63,240 bases of DNA, filler included, from Reticulomyxa filosa (GCA_000512085.1; 19 parts of 19 records of this genome joined end to end with filler, not necessarily neighbours in it); one strand, 5' to 3'; shown: positions 23,476 through 37,486, counted from the first letter of the whole stretch. Program-made: numbers and translations. Notes: a model not told the origin generated them from the letters alone.

Positions 23476-24359
23476 AAACTGTGTTTTTGCATTACTGGCA
23501 CTTTTCAAATATTTATTTATTTTGTTTTTAAAAGCGACTAGTTTTCTAAAGGCTTTTAAACAGAGGACGAAGCCAATTGACGTAAATCCATTCTTGTACT
23601 GGCAGAAAGACCGACCAGAAGAGAAGAAAGCAGCGTTGTTCTTCACAAGTAGACAATCAAAAAATCAAGGATGATATAAGTTCCCTTAAAATTTAAGACT
23701 AGGCTTGCGTTCATTAGTAACTCTTTGATGTCGAATGTTTCTTTTTAATCATTTTTTAACATCAAAAAAGTACTAAACACTAAAAATGTTATAAACTGAC
23801 AAAATAACTCGTAAAAAAAAAAAAATGGAAGGAACAACTAAAACTAAAAAAAATAATTCTCGTTTGATTGAAATTCTTTAAAAAAGGAGCTGTACAGATT
23901 AAAAAAGCACGACGATTATTTGAGTTGCGCACGTTTGTGGATGAAAGCAACTCAGACGGTAAGTCCTTTTTTGTTTTGTGCTTGAAGAAATTGACACAAT
24001 GATTGAAAAAATTTTTTGTTTTGAGTTTCGGTTGGATGTGTATCATTTGTGTAATGTGTTTTATTTTTGTCCTGAAATGTCTTTTTCTTTTTTTTAATTG
24101 AACAAAGACTTGTAAGTCTTTTTTATTGAGTAAAGTGAAACTCTACAACAGTATATTCATTAAAAGCTCTTGCAAATCTTGCTTACACCTTTTTTTTTTG
24201 AAAACCAAAACTAAAAAATGACACTTTTTCGCAAAACAAAACCAAAGTCAAAACAATAGNNNNNNNNNNNNNNNNNNNNNNNNNNNNNNNNNNNNNNNNN
24301 NNNTTAATTAATTAANNNNNNNNNNNNNNNNNNNNNNNNNNNNNNNNNNNNNNNNNNNN

Positions 24360-25668
24360 ACAATCAGCTTTGGCTATTGTTTTGCACCATAAGATTATAG
24401 CGCAATCCAGTTTTCCTTGTTCGTTGACGATATACATCGCATTTCGACACTTTCGCTGGTGCTTTGCCACGCCAAAGATTATCATGTATATACTTATGTG
24501 CCTACGCTGATGGCAAACAAGTTTTCTAAATATTCGAGCTGCAATTGCATTGACATTGTAATAATCTTCCATTGGGCTATATAGGAAGTAAGTCCAATCA
24601 GGAAACGTGCAAAATCGCCATTTGCGAACATGAATAGCCATTTCATAACGATAATCATGAAAGCATGCAGACTAGTTGTTTATATATATAAAAAAAAAAT
24701 AACGTAGTATGGCGAGGATGATGAAGATAAGACATAGTATTCATGTACCTTCTTTTTTTTGCTGCCTTGAGTTTCTCAAAGCTCCTTCAACAATTGGGTA
24801 ATCACCCCCAATGCAATGGTCCTCTCTATCGCAATGTGCTATCTCCAAAACAACGCCCGCGATCTTTTGCCACTTCTTCATCCAATCAAGCCGCTGCTAC
24901 TTCGCAACACCATAACATCACTATCATTTCCACTTTTCGCGATTTCTTTTTTTCTTGGCGAGCTTGCTGTTGAGTTTGCGGCACTAAGATTTCGATTGTC
25001 TGCGATTGAGCTAAATGATCTTGTAAAATTGTCCCAATGCTTTGTCCTCCAATCGCAAAGCCATACCATCGGCACAATCATTATTTAAAACCAAATGTAC
25101 ACATACCCGCACGTACACTTTGATAGGATCGATCAGTCTCCTATAATCAATTGTTCGGCGTTCATAAGTTGTCTCCAATTCCCACAACAACTGGATTTTC
25201 ATTATTCGTCGTCGATATCTTTGATACTCCACACGCCAATAATCATCCACATCGACTTGTTCGCCATTAATGTAGGCACACAAGTCTTCAAATACTTCGA
25301 TTTGCACCATACATTCTTCTTCCCTTACTTACAGGCCTTTGATTTTCGCCACAAACGTTTCTGCTGCTGTTGTTGTTCTTGTCATTGTCCTTGTTTTCGT
25401 TGTTGTCTTCGTCGTTGTCGTTGTCCTTGTTCTTCTTCTCATTTTTTTCTTCTTCTTCTCATTTTTTCTTCTTTTTTCATTTTCAAACTCTTTTCCTTTT
25501 TTTTTTTTTCTCTTTCTTTTTTTTATATCTTTTTCTCTTTTAATCTTTTTTTCTTTTTTTCAAATTGTCATTTTTTTTTTTTTCATTTTCTAACTTTTTT
25601 ATTTTTATTTTATCATTCTTTTTTAATTTTTTGGTTCTTTTTTTATTTTTGGTTCTTTTTTTTTTTTT
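24360..25668 (-). CDS. Unknown multi-exon protein fragment
   Basis: Coding-like pieces (VQIEVFEDLCAYING.., AIHVRKWRFCTFPDW..) after a K/E/N-rich tract. No domain recognised. Confidence 0.3.
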
Positions 25669-25768
25669 NNNNNNNNNNNNNNNNNNNNNNNNNNNNNNNN
25701 NNNNNNNNNNNNTTAATTAATTAANNNNNNNNNNNNNNNNNNNNNNNNNNNNNNNNNNNNNNNNNNNN

Positions 25769-25810
<42 letters not shown>

Positions 25811-25811
25811 G

Positions 25812-26890
25812 TTATTGTGAAAACGAAAACGATTCGTATTCTTCTGCAGCGGCGACAAATTGATTCATTTGTTTAAGAACATTTGCTTTTTGGAATTTGG
25901 CACGGACATTGCCCGATTGAATGCCCAAGGCGCGATTGACGTATTGCAAAGCAGGTCGAGCTTGTGCTGATGGACCAGCGTGGTGGAAATGCAGCAGTAC
26001 AACAGCACACACTGCTTGTTAATATCTAACGCCTTTTCGAAATGGTACATGGCCAAGTCGTACTGCTGTTGGTAATGGAAAATGTGTCCCAAGCCATACC
26101 ACGCGTTGTAGTGACGCGGGTCCAGTTCCAATGCTTTGCGGAACATCGTCTTGGCTTGGTCAAAGTTCTCATTCATCATGTGCTCATGACCTTGCAGCGT
26201 GTATGCATAGCTGTAATGGGGACTTAGTGCCACCGCGCGACAAAATCTTCGAATCGCCTCGTCGTGCGACTTCGACTGCGAGTACAAGTTCCCAATCACC
26301 ACCCACGTCTCTGCGACATTTTGCCATTTCCGAGCAATGCTGCGCTAACAACGTCAGTTCCGTCACTTCGCGAGTGTGCCATAGTGTCGTGGAATAGTAA
26401 TCCAATCCTTCCATTCGATATGGATATTTCGTTAGTAGCTCTTTATATTCTGTTATCGCCTTTTTTTTTAATTTTTTATATAGTATACACATTACATATA
26501 TGTATATGTATATATGTATATATGCATATGTATATATAATATATATATATATATGAAACTCTTGTGTAATCAGTCATTTCGAAAAAGCACTTGGCAATAG
26601 ACTCCAAAACGAAAGCGGAACGCCGATGAATCTGGGGCAACGCGACAAAGCATTTCAAAGCGTCGTTGATTTGGTATTGCCTCAAAAACAGATATCCACA
26701 ACAAATGTTTTGCAAAATGCGACGCCATTCGTTGTCGCTCGTCTTTCCACTGCTCTGTGTGTTTTTCTTTGGTTCGTTGATGTCCATTTGTTTCTCACTG
26801 TTATTATTTATGTTATCATTTTCATTGTTGCTATTATTATTATTATTATTATTATCATCATCATTACCATTATCATTGTCATTGTCATTG

Positions 26891-26925
<35 letters not shown>

Positions 26926-27751
26926 GTTATTGACATTGAGTTGGAAACATTGTTGTGAGACGTAAGTGCGACTGAGTTCACCGAGATCGCAGAGAGCTGC
27001 AATGGCTCCCCAATGGAAAGAGTCGCGTTGCAAACACAGCTTGTAATACAATTTCGCTTGCATGTGCCGTCCGCTCCAACGGTACACTTCCGCCAGCAAA
27101 TACAAGCCATGGCTTCCGTTGGGAATCGGCAGCGTGGTTTTCGGCGCGAGTCCTAGTTCGCATAGCTTTTCGATCTTGCTTGTCATCGACCACTTCTCTT
27201 TCTTGTTGCTTCCATTTTGAGTCCACGGTGGCATCTTTGTCATGTTCAAGTCGAGTTTGTCTCCTGCATAAAGCCAAATCACAACAGTTTTTTTGCCACT
27301 GATGTTTGTTAGAAACACCCCCCTTTTTTTTTTTTTTTTTTTCTTCCGGACATTAGCAACACAGGAAAAAAATATATACATACATATACATATATATATG
27401 TATATCAGACAGACCTGCCAAAAATTCTTCGGCTTCGTCGTAACGCTGCAGTTCGAAACAAACTTTGGATAGAAAAAATCGACTTTGAGACAACATGTCG
27501 TCGTTGGTAGCCACAAAGTCGTCAAAGATAACCAATTCGGATTTCCACTTTTGTTGTTTTGATCTCACCATCTCGTACAATACGTGGTAACTTCTCGTCA
27601 ATTGCTTCTTGTCATAGTAACACTTGGCTAACAACAGACGGTTCTCTAAATTATCATTGCTTGACAAAAGCCGCTCCGTATAAAATATCGCCGATTGGAT
27701 ATCGTAGTTATCCAAACTTGATAATGCGCGCTGCTTCAGAAAACAGTCCAT
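25812..27751 (-). CDS. CDC27: APC/C subunit CDC27/APC3 (multi-exon, 3'-partial)
   Basis: SAIFYTERL..LLAKCYY, PYRMEGLDYYSTTLWH, ETWVVIGNLYS, YAYTLQGHE, ALELDPRHYNAWYGLG. Small indels near 26315 and 25952. Confidence 0.92.
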
Positions 27752-28208
27752 TATGGCTTTTTTTTTCTCACCAATGGGCTGGAGAATAATCGTAACAAAA
27801 TAAATTATATGACTGAGACAAGTTGATTTCCTTCTAGTGCTTCAAAGGTTAATCATTCATTTGCCTCCAAAAAAACATGAACTATGGGATCACTTTTCCT
27901 CCAACTAAAACAAGACTAAAACACAAGTACGCTTTTGAGGAGTGACCATAACACTACATTTACGTTTGCTTTAACCAGAAGAAACATGCATCGTTTTGTT
28001 TTGAAGCATCTTCAAGTGGTACCCAGACAATTGCCCACTTACAATAAAGTGAAACTTTGATTTATTTGGGAAAAAAAAGAGAACCCAAGATTATTAAATA
28101 TTTTTTAAAATCAGTTTATGTGGATACTGTGGTCACTGCAATTTGGACAAACAAGTCTAGCACAGCATGATATTTCTGCGTTTTTTAGTAAACTTTAAGA
28201 GAAAAAAA

Positions 28209-28880
28209 ATGTTCCCGTCGCCAGGCTACATCTTCCTTGCGGTAGTAGCATTTTTATCAGCACTATTTTTAGGTGGAATTTTCCTCTATCTCTGTTATAA
28301 TTTCTATGGGCGAAAAGAAAATGGTGATGAAGGGAACGTGCAGCGCTACCAAGTGCTAGTAACGCTTTACATAGGACTATCAGTAGTGGAAACGATTATT
28401 GACACAATATGGTGGTGTCTTGCATTTGTTTATGGAGATAGTGTGTCGCCAACGTTAGACAAAATGATAATAGCAGAAGATATAGTGTGGTCAACCGCGC
28501 GTATTCTGCATTTTTTGGTATGGGCTTACCGTTTGCGTGCAGTGTTTAAAGTAAGCGCATATAACTATCCTTATCTGATACACAGGTCGTTGTTTGTGCT
28601 CCTGACGCTGGTAATCGTTCTATTTATCGCAAATGAGATTATCACCGACGTATTATGGACTAGTAGTGGCATCAGCGGACGCGTGATTTTGGTCGCAAAC
28701 ATCATGGTGTTCACTTTCGATTGTATACTTTCTCTTTATATGTTGGTGTTATTCATCGATGCGCTTATGCGTGTCGTAGTCGCTCGCGCGCTCACCGAGC
28801 AAAAGTCTAAGGAAGCTTCTTCTGTCCAGCTAAGCAGTTTTGTGAGAGTAATGAACACATTGTTGTAACCTTTATGCGTG

Positions 28881-28912
<32 letters not shown>

Positions 28913-29418
28913 AAAAATATATGTATACGTATGAAAAAAAGGCGTTATATAAACATAAAAAAAAAATTTAATATACGTATACATGAAATACTTTTGCACG
29001 TTGTGTGATGAAAGGCTTCGGGAGCAGGGAAAGTATTAAATCAGAAAAAGTATTGGATACCAATGATTATACAATGCTGCACACAGCAACGCGTATAACG
29101 ATCGTAGCGTTGATAGCATTGATCAGTAGCGAGTTTTGGTATTTGGTATGGATATTGCGAAGATATGCAGATAACATTGTGTTTTATTACTTAGATGCTT
29201 TGTGGAATGTGGATACTGTCATTAACGTCTTGTGTGTTCTCGCCTCTTTGAAGATCGGCCTGATCCCTTACCAGTTCATTTGTGGATATGGACAGGAGTC
29301 TAAACAGTATCACACATGTTGTCGCTTCGGGCTTCACACCTTTTGTGTTTATGCTATGGTTACGTCAGCCATGAAAACAGTTCAATACAAACTTGAGACC
29401 GAATCGCAACTTGAATAG
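28209..29418 (+). CDS. Orphan seven-transmembrane (GPCR-like) protein, 2 exons
   Basis: Five hydrophobic helices in exon 1 and two in exon 2. YRL at the TM3 end, a long loop between TM5 and TM6, and a Cys-containing tail. Confidence 0.65.
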
Positions 29419-30018
29419 TTTTTTGGTTTTGTCTTTTCTTTTTCGTTTGCGCGAAGATTGCTTTGCTTTTTCAATTTTTTTTTTTTTTGGCACGACTCGA
29501 TAAAAAAACAAAGCAAATTGACTCTTTTTTGTATAAAAAAAAAAAGTCAGTTTAGCCATCAATTTGGATGTAAATTCCAAAATGATTTTTCTTTAAAAAA
29601 AATTTGTGGAAGAGGAGGAGGGGGGAACATGAAAGAAAAAAATATTGTGGGATATGTGTTTGCGCAGCTACTCCAATTAGAGCTGTTATATTTGTTTCGA
29701 AAATTTGAACAGGGAGCGAAAACGACTCTTTCTCCAATTTTCAATTAAATAATGTAGAGGCAAAATCTCTTAGAAAAACAGCTTTGTTATGCTCACGAAG
29801 AATACCACTTAACACTATTCAGCTTTAGTCTAATGTCATCACTGCATTGAATTGAAAGAGCTGTACAAGAAACAAATGCAGCATTTTTCCCGAATGAAGG
29901 CAAGCCCAGCGTTCATTTACCAAAGAAAAAAAAAAATGTTCTGATACATATTTAATGAGTAGCATTAAAAAAAATAATTATAACAAAAGTGTTCATTAAG
30001 TGAACAACATTGTTGAAA

Positions 30019-31383
30019 CTACAATTGAGATAGCTTTTGGTCAATCAGCGTAAGAATATGCTTTGTCATATCAGTGGTGGAAAAGCGTCCTTTTAGATCG
30101 GGCGTGACAAAGCCGTCTTTTAGCATTTGTTGAATACAAGTCTCCAAAACATGACTCAAACGAAAGTCCCCCAAATACTCTAACAACAACACAACACTTC
30201 TCCATTGAGAAATGGGATTGACTTTATTTTGCTGTGCAATGTCGGGAGCACTTCCATGAGTGGGTTCGAACAGCGCATATCTATAGCAAGGTTGATCCGA
30301 TTCTGAATGCGTGGTCGCATCATCTTTGGAGGACAGAGATACATCCGTTTGCCACTCTGCATGGAATTGCGCCGCCGGCATTAAACCCAAGCTTCCAATC
30401 ATTCCTCCTAACAAATCACTGACCAAATCTCCATACAAATTCGGACAGCTCAGCACATCAAAGTCGGAATGCTTCGTCATCAATTTGTATAACAAAGAGT
30501 CCGCCAATTGTTCTGTATACACGATCGATTTCCTGTTCAAAGGCTCATTGCCACATGCGCGATGGCATTCCAAAAACAGCCCATCCGATTTCTTGTTCAC
30601 GTTGGCCTTGTGCACCGCTGTCACTTTTTGGCGATGATGCGTGCGCGCGTAATGAAATGCAAACTTTGCAATACGTTCACTACATTTCCTTGTTATACGC
30701 TTGATCGCTTCAACACGATCTCCATTGTCATAGACATGCTTTTTTTTTTTTTTTAAAAAAAAAAAAAAGGGAAAGTTTGTTGATTGCCTGAGTTTTTTTT
30801 TTTTTTTGGAAGGAGGAAAAAAAAAAAAAGAGGTTTTTTTTTTTTTGCAGACTTCTTCTCCCGAGTAAAGGTCTTCAGTATTTTCACGGATTGTTATGAT
30901 GTTGACGTTTTGAAAGGGCACTTGTGCATCGGTGCCGATTGGACACGAGATGGCTGGACGCACGTTAGCATATAAATCAAAGATTTTACGCAGTGCTTGG
31001 TTGGGGGATGTATATTTGTAGTTTTTGTTCAGGTTGTCAATATAAAAAGATGTGTCTCCTGGGGGGATTGTTACCGGTCCTTTAAATATTATTTTCAACT
31101 CTTTGAAGGCTTCAATGTGCTGCGGGGATATCGCATAGCCTTTAGATTGGTACAATGAATAACCAAATGGCATGTCTTCAAACTCAATCCGAAGAGCTGA
31201 TTTGCTATGGTTTACCAAACAGTCAACCACTTGCTTGGAGGACTCGACCAACTCAGGACCCACTCCATCTCCTGCCAGACATAATACTCTGTGTGTCTTT
31301 GTGTGAGTATATCTCGAGCCATTATAAACCAATTTTGCAGGGATAATTGAAAATTTCTTGTTTAATTTTTGGAACATCTTCAC
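30019..31383 (-). CDS. Isocitrate/isopropylmalate dehydrogenase family, NAD-IDH-like, mitochondrial-type N-terminus
   Basis: GDGVGPE, SPNQALRK, LYANVRP, IRENTEDLY, VHKANV, NLYGDLVSD, FEPTHGSAPDIA. Intron 30739-30852. The likely ATG is a few codons into the ORF. Confidence 0.93.
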   Translation of the reverse strand: MKMFQKLNKKFSIIPAKLVYNGSRYTHTKTHRVLCLAGDGVGPELVESSKQVVDCLVNHSKSALRIEFEDMPFGYSLYQSKGYAISPQHIEAFKELKIIFKGPVTIPPGDTSFYIDNLNKNYKYTSPNQALRKIFDLYANVRPAISCPIGTDAQVPFQNVNIITIRENTEDLYSGEEVCKKKKTSFFFFPPSKKKKKLRQSTNFPFFFFLKKKKKHVYDNGDRVEAIKRITRKCSERIAKFAFHYARTHHRQKVTAVHKANVNKKSDGLFLECHRACGNEPLNRKSIVYTEQLADSLLYKLMTKHSDFDVLSCPNLYGDLVSDLLGGMIGSLGLMPAAQFHAEWQTDVSLSSKDDATTHSESDQPCYRYALFEPTHGSAPDIAQQNKVNPISQWRSVVLLLEYLGDFRLSHVLETCIQQMLKDGFVTPDLKGRFSTTDMTKHILTLIDQKLSQL

Positions 31384-32179
31384 TTTGTACTAACTTTTTC
31401 CTTTTTTCCTAACTAACCGAACAAACAGCAACAGTGTACTATTCTTTAAATAACGGACCTCAACTTAAAACCGAAAAAATCAAACAATCAGGATTTGTTT
31501 GTAGTAAGGTTAGCAAGTCAAAGGTATACGATATTTCATTACAATTACTTTATTTTTGCTAATGTTAGCTGTTACGCGGATTAACTTTAGACAATAAATT
31601 TAGACAAAGAAAACATACTAACTTTGATAAATAAAAATGAATTAGTTAACGTATAATATTACTATCAGATACAATCGACTGCAAAAAGATTAGCCAAACG
31701 ATTCATATAAATATTTGCAATTTTATTCATGAAAAATAAACATTTTTTTCAAATTTTCAAAAAACAAACAGTAACAAATGTTCATTTTTACACTTTTTTT
31801 AAAATGATATTACACATAATTGAGAATCCAAAAATAGTTTTCAATGAACGCTAGCTTTCCATTATAAAATTGCAAATGTTTAGCATTCATTTGGTGTGTT
31901 CTTTTTTACTGTTAACGTATATAAAGCGAAGCGAATATACGAAAATTCGCAACAAATTGTAAAAAATGTGTTATAATACAGTAAGTTATAACATACATTA
32001 GATTGATTAAGTCGAAAGCGTTGAATGTCAAGACCATACTATAATAAGTTGCAAAAAACTGTAAGAACTAAATGGCACACATTTGAAGAAAATCGATTTT
32101 CTCAATGAAAAATAAACATTTAAACAAAAATACAAATATTGTAGTTTTAAATATGAAATCGATTTTAACCGACAGAAAA

Positions 32180-34870
32180 AAGTTATAATAAAATCAATGT
32201 ATTTTCATACGACTGAGTGATTTTTTTCGGAATTTTTTTCTGGAGTTTTTTTGGAGTATTTTTTTGATCTGTAGACTGGTCTTCTGTTGTTTTGTTTGGC
32301 TTGTTTGGTACATTTAATGTACTTTGACTGTTTCTGTTTTGATTATTTTTATCTTGATTTCCTTCTGTTTCTTTTTGCATTTTATTTTTCAACTAGTAAA
32401 ATTTTATTAGTAAACTTTTTTCTACTAGATTCTAGTGTTATGACCCAAAATTAGTATTATTAATTAAACAACTAGTGTTTAATACTTATTATACTTTTTG
32501 TTTAAGTTTTTTAGTACTAGTTGTATTTTATATTTGCTATTTGAACTTTTTTGAAAATTTGGTTTTTTATTTCGCAGTAGTACTTTCGTCCTTATCTGGA
32601 CTCAAAGCTGTCAAGTTTAATAAAAAACAAATTATTATTCTTTTTTGTGAAAAAACACAATTCTATGCTCCCTTGACCCCTTTTAGTTCACAAAGTTTAT
32701 TATATTCTTTTTCAAATATTTCAATTGTTTTCTTTGCATCTTCAATCCATGATAATGCTTCGAAATCTATTTTTCCATCTTTATCTTGATTCCAACTTGT
32801 ACTATTCTTTTGGCGATCCAGTATTTGCTTTTGTTTTCATTTGTCATTTGCTTATTTCTATTATTTCTTTTTATTTGTTCAGTTTAATCATGGTTTAGGT
32901 AGTTTATGCTTTAGATTTTGATTTTGAAGGTTTTTCTTTTTGAGGTGTCCACTCGTTCAGTTCTTTTATGATTTGTTGTTGTATGTAAAATTAACCATTT
33001 TTGTTAATTTGTTGTTGTTTTGTTTCATGTTTATAGTTTATTTACGATTTTATTATTAATTTAATTTGAGAATAACTACTTTCGATTAAGTACTTATTGT
33101 TGGTCATTATAGTGTTTCTTTTGTGGTCATTATTTTCGTTTATGTAGTGATCATTATTTTTGTTTCTGTTATGTACCTCTTATGATCATTATTTTCTTTT
33201 CTGTGATGTTCACTATTTTCGTTTATGTAATGGACTTCTACTTATTATTATTTTTATATATTTCCTGTAATTTGTCTGCTTGAGTTTATTCCTCTGATTA
33301 TCCTGTATATATTAGGCATTGCTGTTCTTGTCCACTTAATTTTCTGTTTTATTATTTCATTTATTTCATCTTCTTCTATTTTGGTATCATATTTTTCTGT
33401 TAAATTATATTTTGTTGCTATTTTTGGAAATTCATTTCATTATTTCCTTCTTTCTTCTGTTAGTAATTTCTTCTTTTTATATTCTTCTGAATCCATGAAT
33501 GTGTATTGAAGATTTCTTTTAACTATTCCTTCTGCATATTCACATTTAATAAGTTCATTTATCACTCCTGTAATTTCAATATCATGTATTTTTTTGTTTG
33601 GTGTTAATTTACTCCATCTGTCTCTGATTGTCGTCATTGCTTGTGTTCTTCATGATTTTACTCCGATGTTTCTGGGTTTGCATATCTTTGTACCATTCCT
33701 GTTTTAGGTGTTACGTACCATGTAAAGTTGTTATTTTTCTTTAAATTTCTTTTATGTTCTTTTTTGATTTGTGCCTCTTATTGTAATTTATTTTTAGAGT
33801 TTCTGTCTCTGTTTTGTCTTGTTTTATGTTAGTTTTTATGTATTTGATTTCGTTTATTAGTTCTTGTACTTCTTTTTGCTCTTCTAATTCTATTATTTCG
33901 TTGTTATTTGTTACTGTTGTGAGTTGAAAGTTTGGTCTTAATTGAGCTCTATTCCTTCCTCTTATTATTTACTTTATTCTTTGTATTTCTTTTTTGTTGT
34001 CTCTTATTGACATAGAGTTCCACGTTAGCTGACTTTGAATTTTACTTATTATGTTGTTTTGTTTTTCTATTTCTATTGTTAGTTTTTGTTTTGTTTCTCG
34101 TTGTTAGTACTGAATTCTTTTTCATATTTCCTTTTGCTATTCTTAATTTCTAATTTTCCGTTTTCGATTGTGATTGTTTTATCTTCTCCGTGTTGACTAT
34201 AATTATCCGTTTCAATTGTTAAGTCTAGATATTTCTGTACTGGGTTGGCTGTCATCTCTAGTCCCCAGTCTGTGTACATATTTTCTAGATCTTCTTTAAT
34301 AAATTTGGATATTCCATATTTCTCTTTGTTAATTATAATTATTATCATTATCCATTTTCTCTTTTTGTTTTATTTGTGTTCTAAATTTTCGAAAACTTGT
34401 TTGTCTTAAACTTCATCTTCTATCATATATGTGTTTCCTTTTATTGTTTTGTATTTGCTCCGTACATTTTCTATTATGAAATTATCTTCTTGTATCCTAT
34501 GTTAATCCTGTTACTTTAACATTATATTTTTCACTAGTTTTGTGCTGTTTTCTCAATCCAATATATTCTTGCTTTTACACATATTTGATCTGGTCCATTT
34601 TCTTTGTTTATGTTGATTATAGTTAATCCTTCTACTATCGCTACCCATGTTTGAGCTTGTGTTTCCGAATGCAACTCTAAAAGTGTATTGTGTTCTTCCT
34701 TTTGTTTTATTTTCACATGCTTCATTCCATTCTACGTTTGCGATGGTCATTGTATCACCAACTATTTGTTTTTCTAGTCTTTTAGATATTTTTAATTTTG
34801 CATGTTTCTGGATTTCTTTATTCCTATTAGAATTTTCCTTAGAAATTTCTTTATTTTTGGATTGACTTTT
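32180..34870 (-). pseudogene. Long, degraded, strand-biased coding-like relic (possible transposon or viral ORF)
   Basis: Intronless. Plus strand strongly T-rich. Many short K/E/N/I-rich minus-strand ORF pieces broken by stops. Confidence 0.35.
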
Positions 34871-35084
34871 TTCGGAGTTAAAAAGGATTTTATAAGTGCG
34901 ATTTTTAAATTAAATGCTGTCCGTTGACATTTAAAATAGTTTTGTCATGTTTGCACACTTCTAACATGTGCGAATGCAATTGATTTTACTGCCACGTAAA
35001 CAAAAAATATGAATAGTTTTTTTTTTAACAAAGAGTCCATGATAAATAAATTGGCTCAATAAATAAGATATATAATTTTTTAAG

Positions 35085-35721
35085 ATGAATGGACTAACAA
35101 AATTGGGCGTTGTCTTGGAAAATCCAGGCGATGATGATAATCCTTTGCCAGAGAAGAAGAAGGTTTCATTTGAAAGCGACTCGTCAGAGAACAAGCCACT
35201 ATCCGGAGAGGTGACAATAGACAACGAGAAGATCGAATCTCTGTTGTATCCAGACGGAACAGTTGACGTTGCACAACTAAAAAATCAAAACATTGCGCTA
35301 ATGTTCAGTGTCTCTGTGATTGATATATGTATAAGTACATTGTGACGCATATGCAAAACAAAAAATTCTATGTGATGTCCTCCCCTCTTGTCCCCTTCGA
35401 ACTTTGGGAGGGGGGGAAAAAAAAAAAATTTGTAAGGACATGTTACGATTAGAGAAGCAATATGAAGACGCACGAAAGAGATGGGAAAAAAGGGAACAAG
35501 AATATGAAATGGATCAAAAGAAAATGATAAAGGTGGAAAGGTATTATAAACAAGAAATCGAAAAGTTGCGAAGCAAAGTGATGCCAATCAAAACAATTGA
35601 AATAGACAAGGGAAAGAATATCGTGGTTAGCACTCCAACAGTCGAGCAAATGATAGCGCTATTGATCAATGTTGATCAACTATTAAGTTTATTCTTTATA
35701 AATAAATAAATGTGTATATAT
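35085..35721 (+). CDS. Coiled-coil protein fragment
   Basis: ..VAQLKNQNIALMFS (intron) DMLRLEKQYEDARKRWEKREQEYEMDQKK.. Confidence 0.45.
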
Positions 35722-35821
35722 NNNNNNNNNNNNNNNNNNNNNNNNNNNNNNNNNNNNNNNNNNNNTTAATTAATTAANNNNNNNNNNNNNNNNNNNNNNN
35801 NNNNNNNNNNNNNNNNNNNNN

Positions 35822-35856
<35 letters not shown>

Positions 35857-35920
35857 ATTTTTTTTCTAACTTGTTGGAACATTTCAACACACAATAAATC
35901 GCTTCATTGATACTCTATTA

Positions 35921-36349
35921 TTATTCAAAAGTACATATGTATATATGTGTATATGTATATATGCATATATATATATATATATATAATATGCATAGTTGGT
36001 CACTAACATGAATAGACAGCCCTTTGATGGCAACACTGAGATACTTCAAAGAAGGATTAGGCATTTCATATCTCTGATAGTGACTGAGTATGGCCAGGCT
36101 CGACAAAACCAAATACATCATGTCGAACTTTGTTTCAATGGAAATGTCTTTGTTTGAATCGTTTGCCGTTTTCGTTTCCTCTTCGCTTTTGCTTCCATTT
36201 TCATTGTCTTGGTCCTTTGTCTTTGCAGTCGTCATCTCGGCCTCTATTTCCGATTCTTGCTTCTTTTCTTCGCCTTTCAATGCGTCGCTTTCCATTCCCG
36301 CTTTGTCCGCGTTTCGACGTTTCAAAAACTGATTTTTATTTCATAGTTT

Positions 36350-36388
<39 letters not shown>

Positions 36389-37273
36389 GCTGTTATTGTC
36401 CCTTGGTCTCTTCTCTTCCTTCCTGCATTTCATCAGTTCAGAAACTATTCAAAAAAAAAAAATTAATAATAACTTTGAACAGTATTTTGAAATAATCTTT
36501 TGTTAATAAGTACTCAGTGAAAACATTGCTATGGATGTTATGCGATAGACTCATCAATGTCAAAGTAAATTCCAATACACTCTTGCACAACTCGTCTGAT
36601 TCAATTTACAACCCATATAACTCATATGCATATACATATATATACATATATATGCATATATGTATACATTAGTTTGATCACAGAAAACAGAAAAAAAAGA
36701 GAACAGTAAACTATTGGAAGCCAGCACGGTAGTTATTTGATCATATAATATATCAAAGTATGAATCAAATTTATCTTCACATAAATAGGTGATGAGATCA
36801 CTTGTTGACAAATGATACTGTTTCGATAACACGCTTAATAGTGTTGATATCACACAAAAACAATTGCAAACTATCGTGTTATTTGTGTTTATCACTGCAT
36901 TTACACAATACTCAAATATTCCGCTCAGTCTTTTCTGTGTACAATCATCATCAATGTATTTATCAGTGTATATGTGTTCTTACCGCTTTTCATTCAAACA
37001 AACACTTTTTTTTTTTTTTTCCCCCTCCTTCTCATACTTTGACCAAACTTGGAGAGACACTTTGTCCACTGATTTTAGCGCCTTTTGGATGACCACCAAT
37101 AAATGTTTTTTATCCACTGGGATTTGTAACAGCTCCGTGTTTGCAATATCTTTGCCTTGCACGAATACAGATTCATATACATCATATATTGTTGTTTCTG
37201 GGCTGCTGCTTCCAACAGTGGGCTTTTGAGATGATTTGTTTTCGAACAGCCAACTCGGCAGAAAATTTTCCAT
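35921..37273 (-). CDS. Hypothetical multi-exon protein (3'-partial)
   Basis: ATG at 37273. Exon-like ORFs separated by microsatellite introns. Confidence 0.45.
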
Positions 37274-37486
37274 TTAATTTAAAGTATTTTTTTCCCCGTT
37301 CCCTTTGCTTCAGTTTTTCTTTGAAATTTTTTCTCCATTGTTTCTGCGTTGTTAGTCCTTATCTTTGTCAGGCGCATAAGTATTACACTTATTCAAGTGG
37401 ACTGCAGTAATGTGTCGAGATCCAACGCATAGCAAATTTTTCATATCTTTTTTCAAGGAACCGTTACAAAAAAAAATCAAAAAATC

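Noticed and set aside
35360-35400. SM-TGA-CPP after IALMFS as a nucleoredoxin WCPPC motif or selenocysteine site
   Set aside because: It lies inside a GT-AG intron, has no second Cys, and the spliced product continues as a coiled coil.
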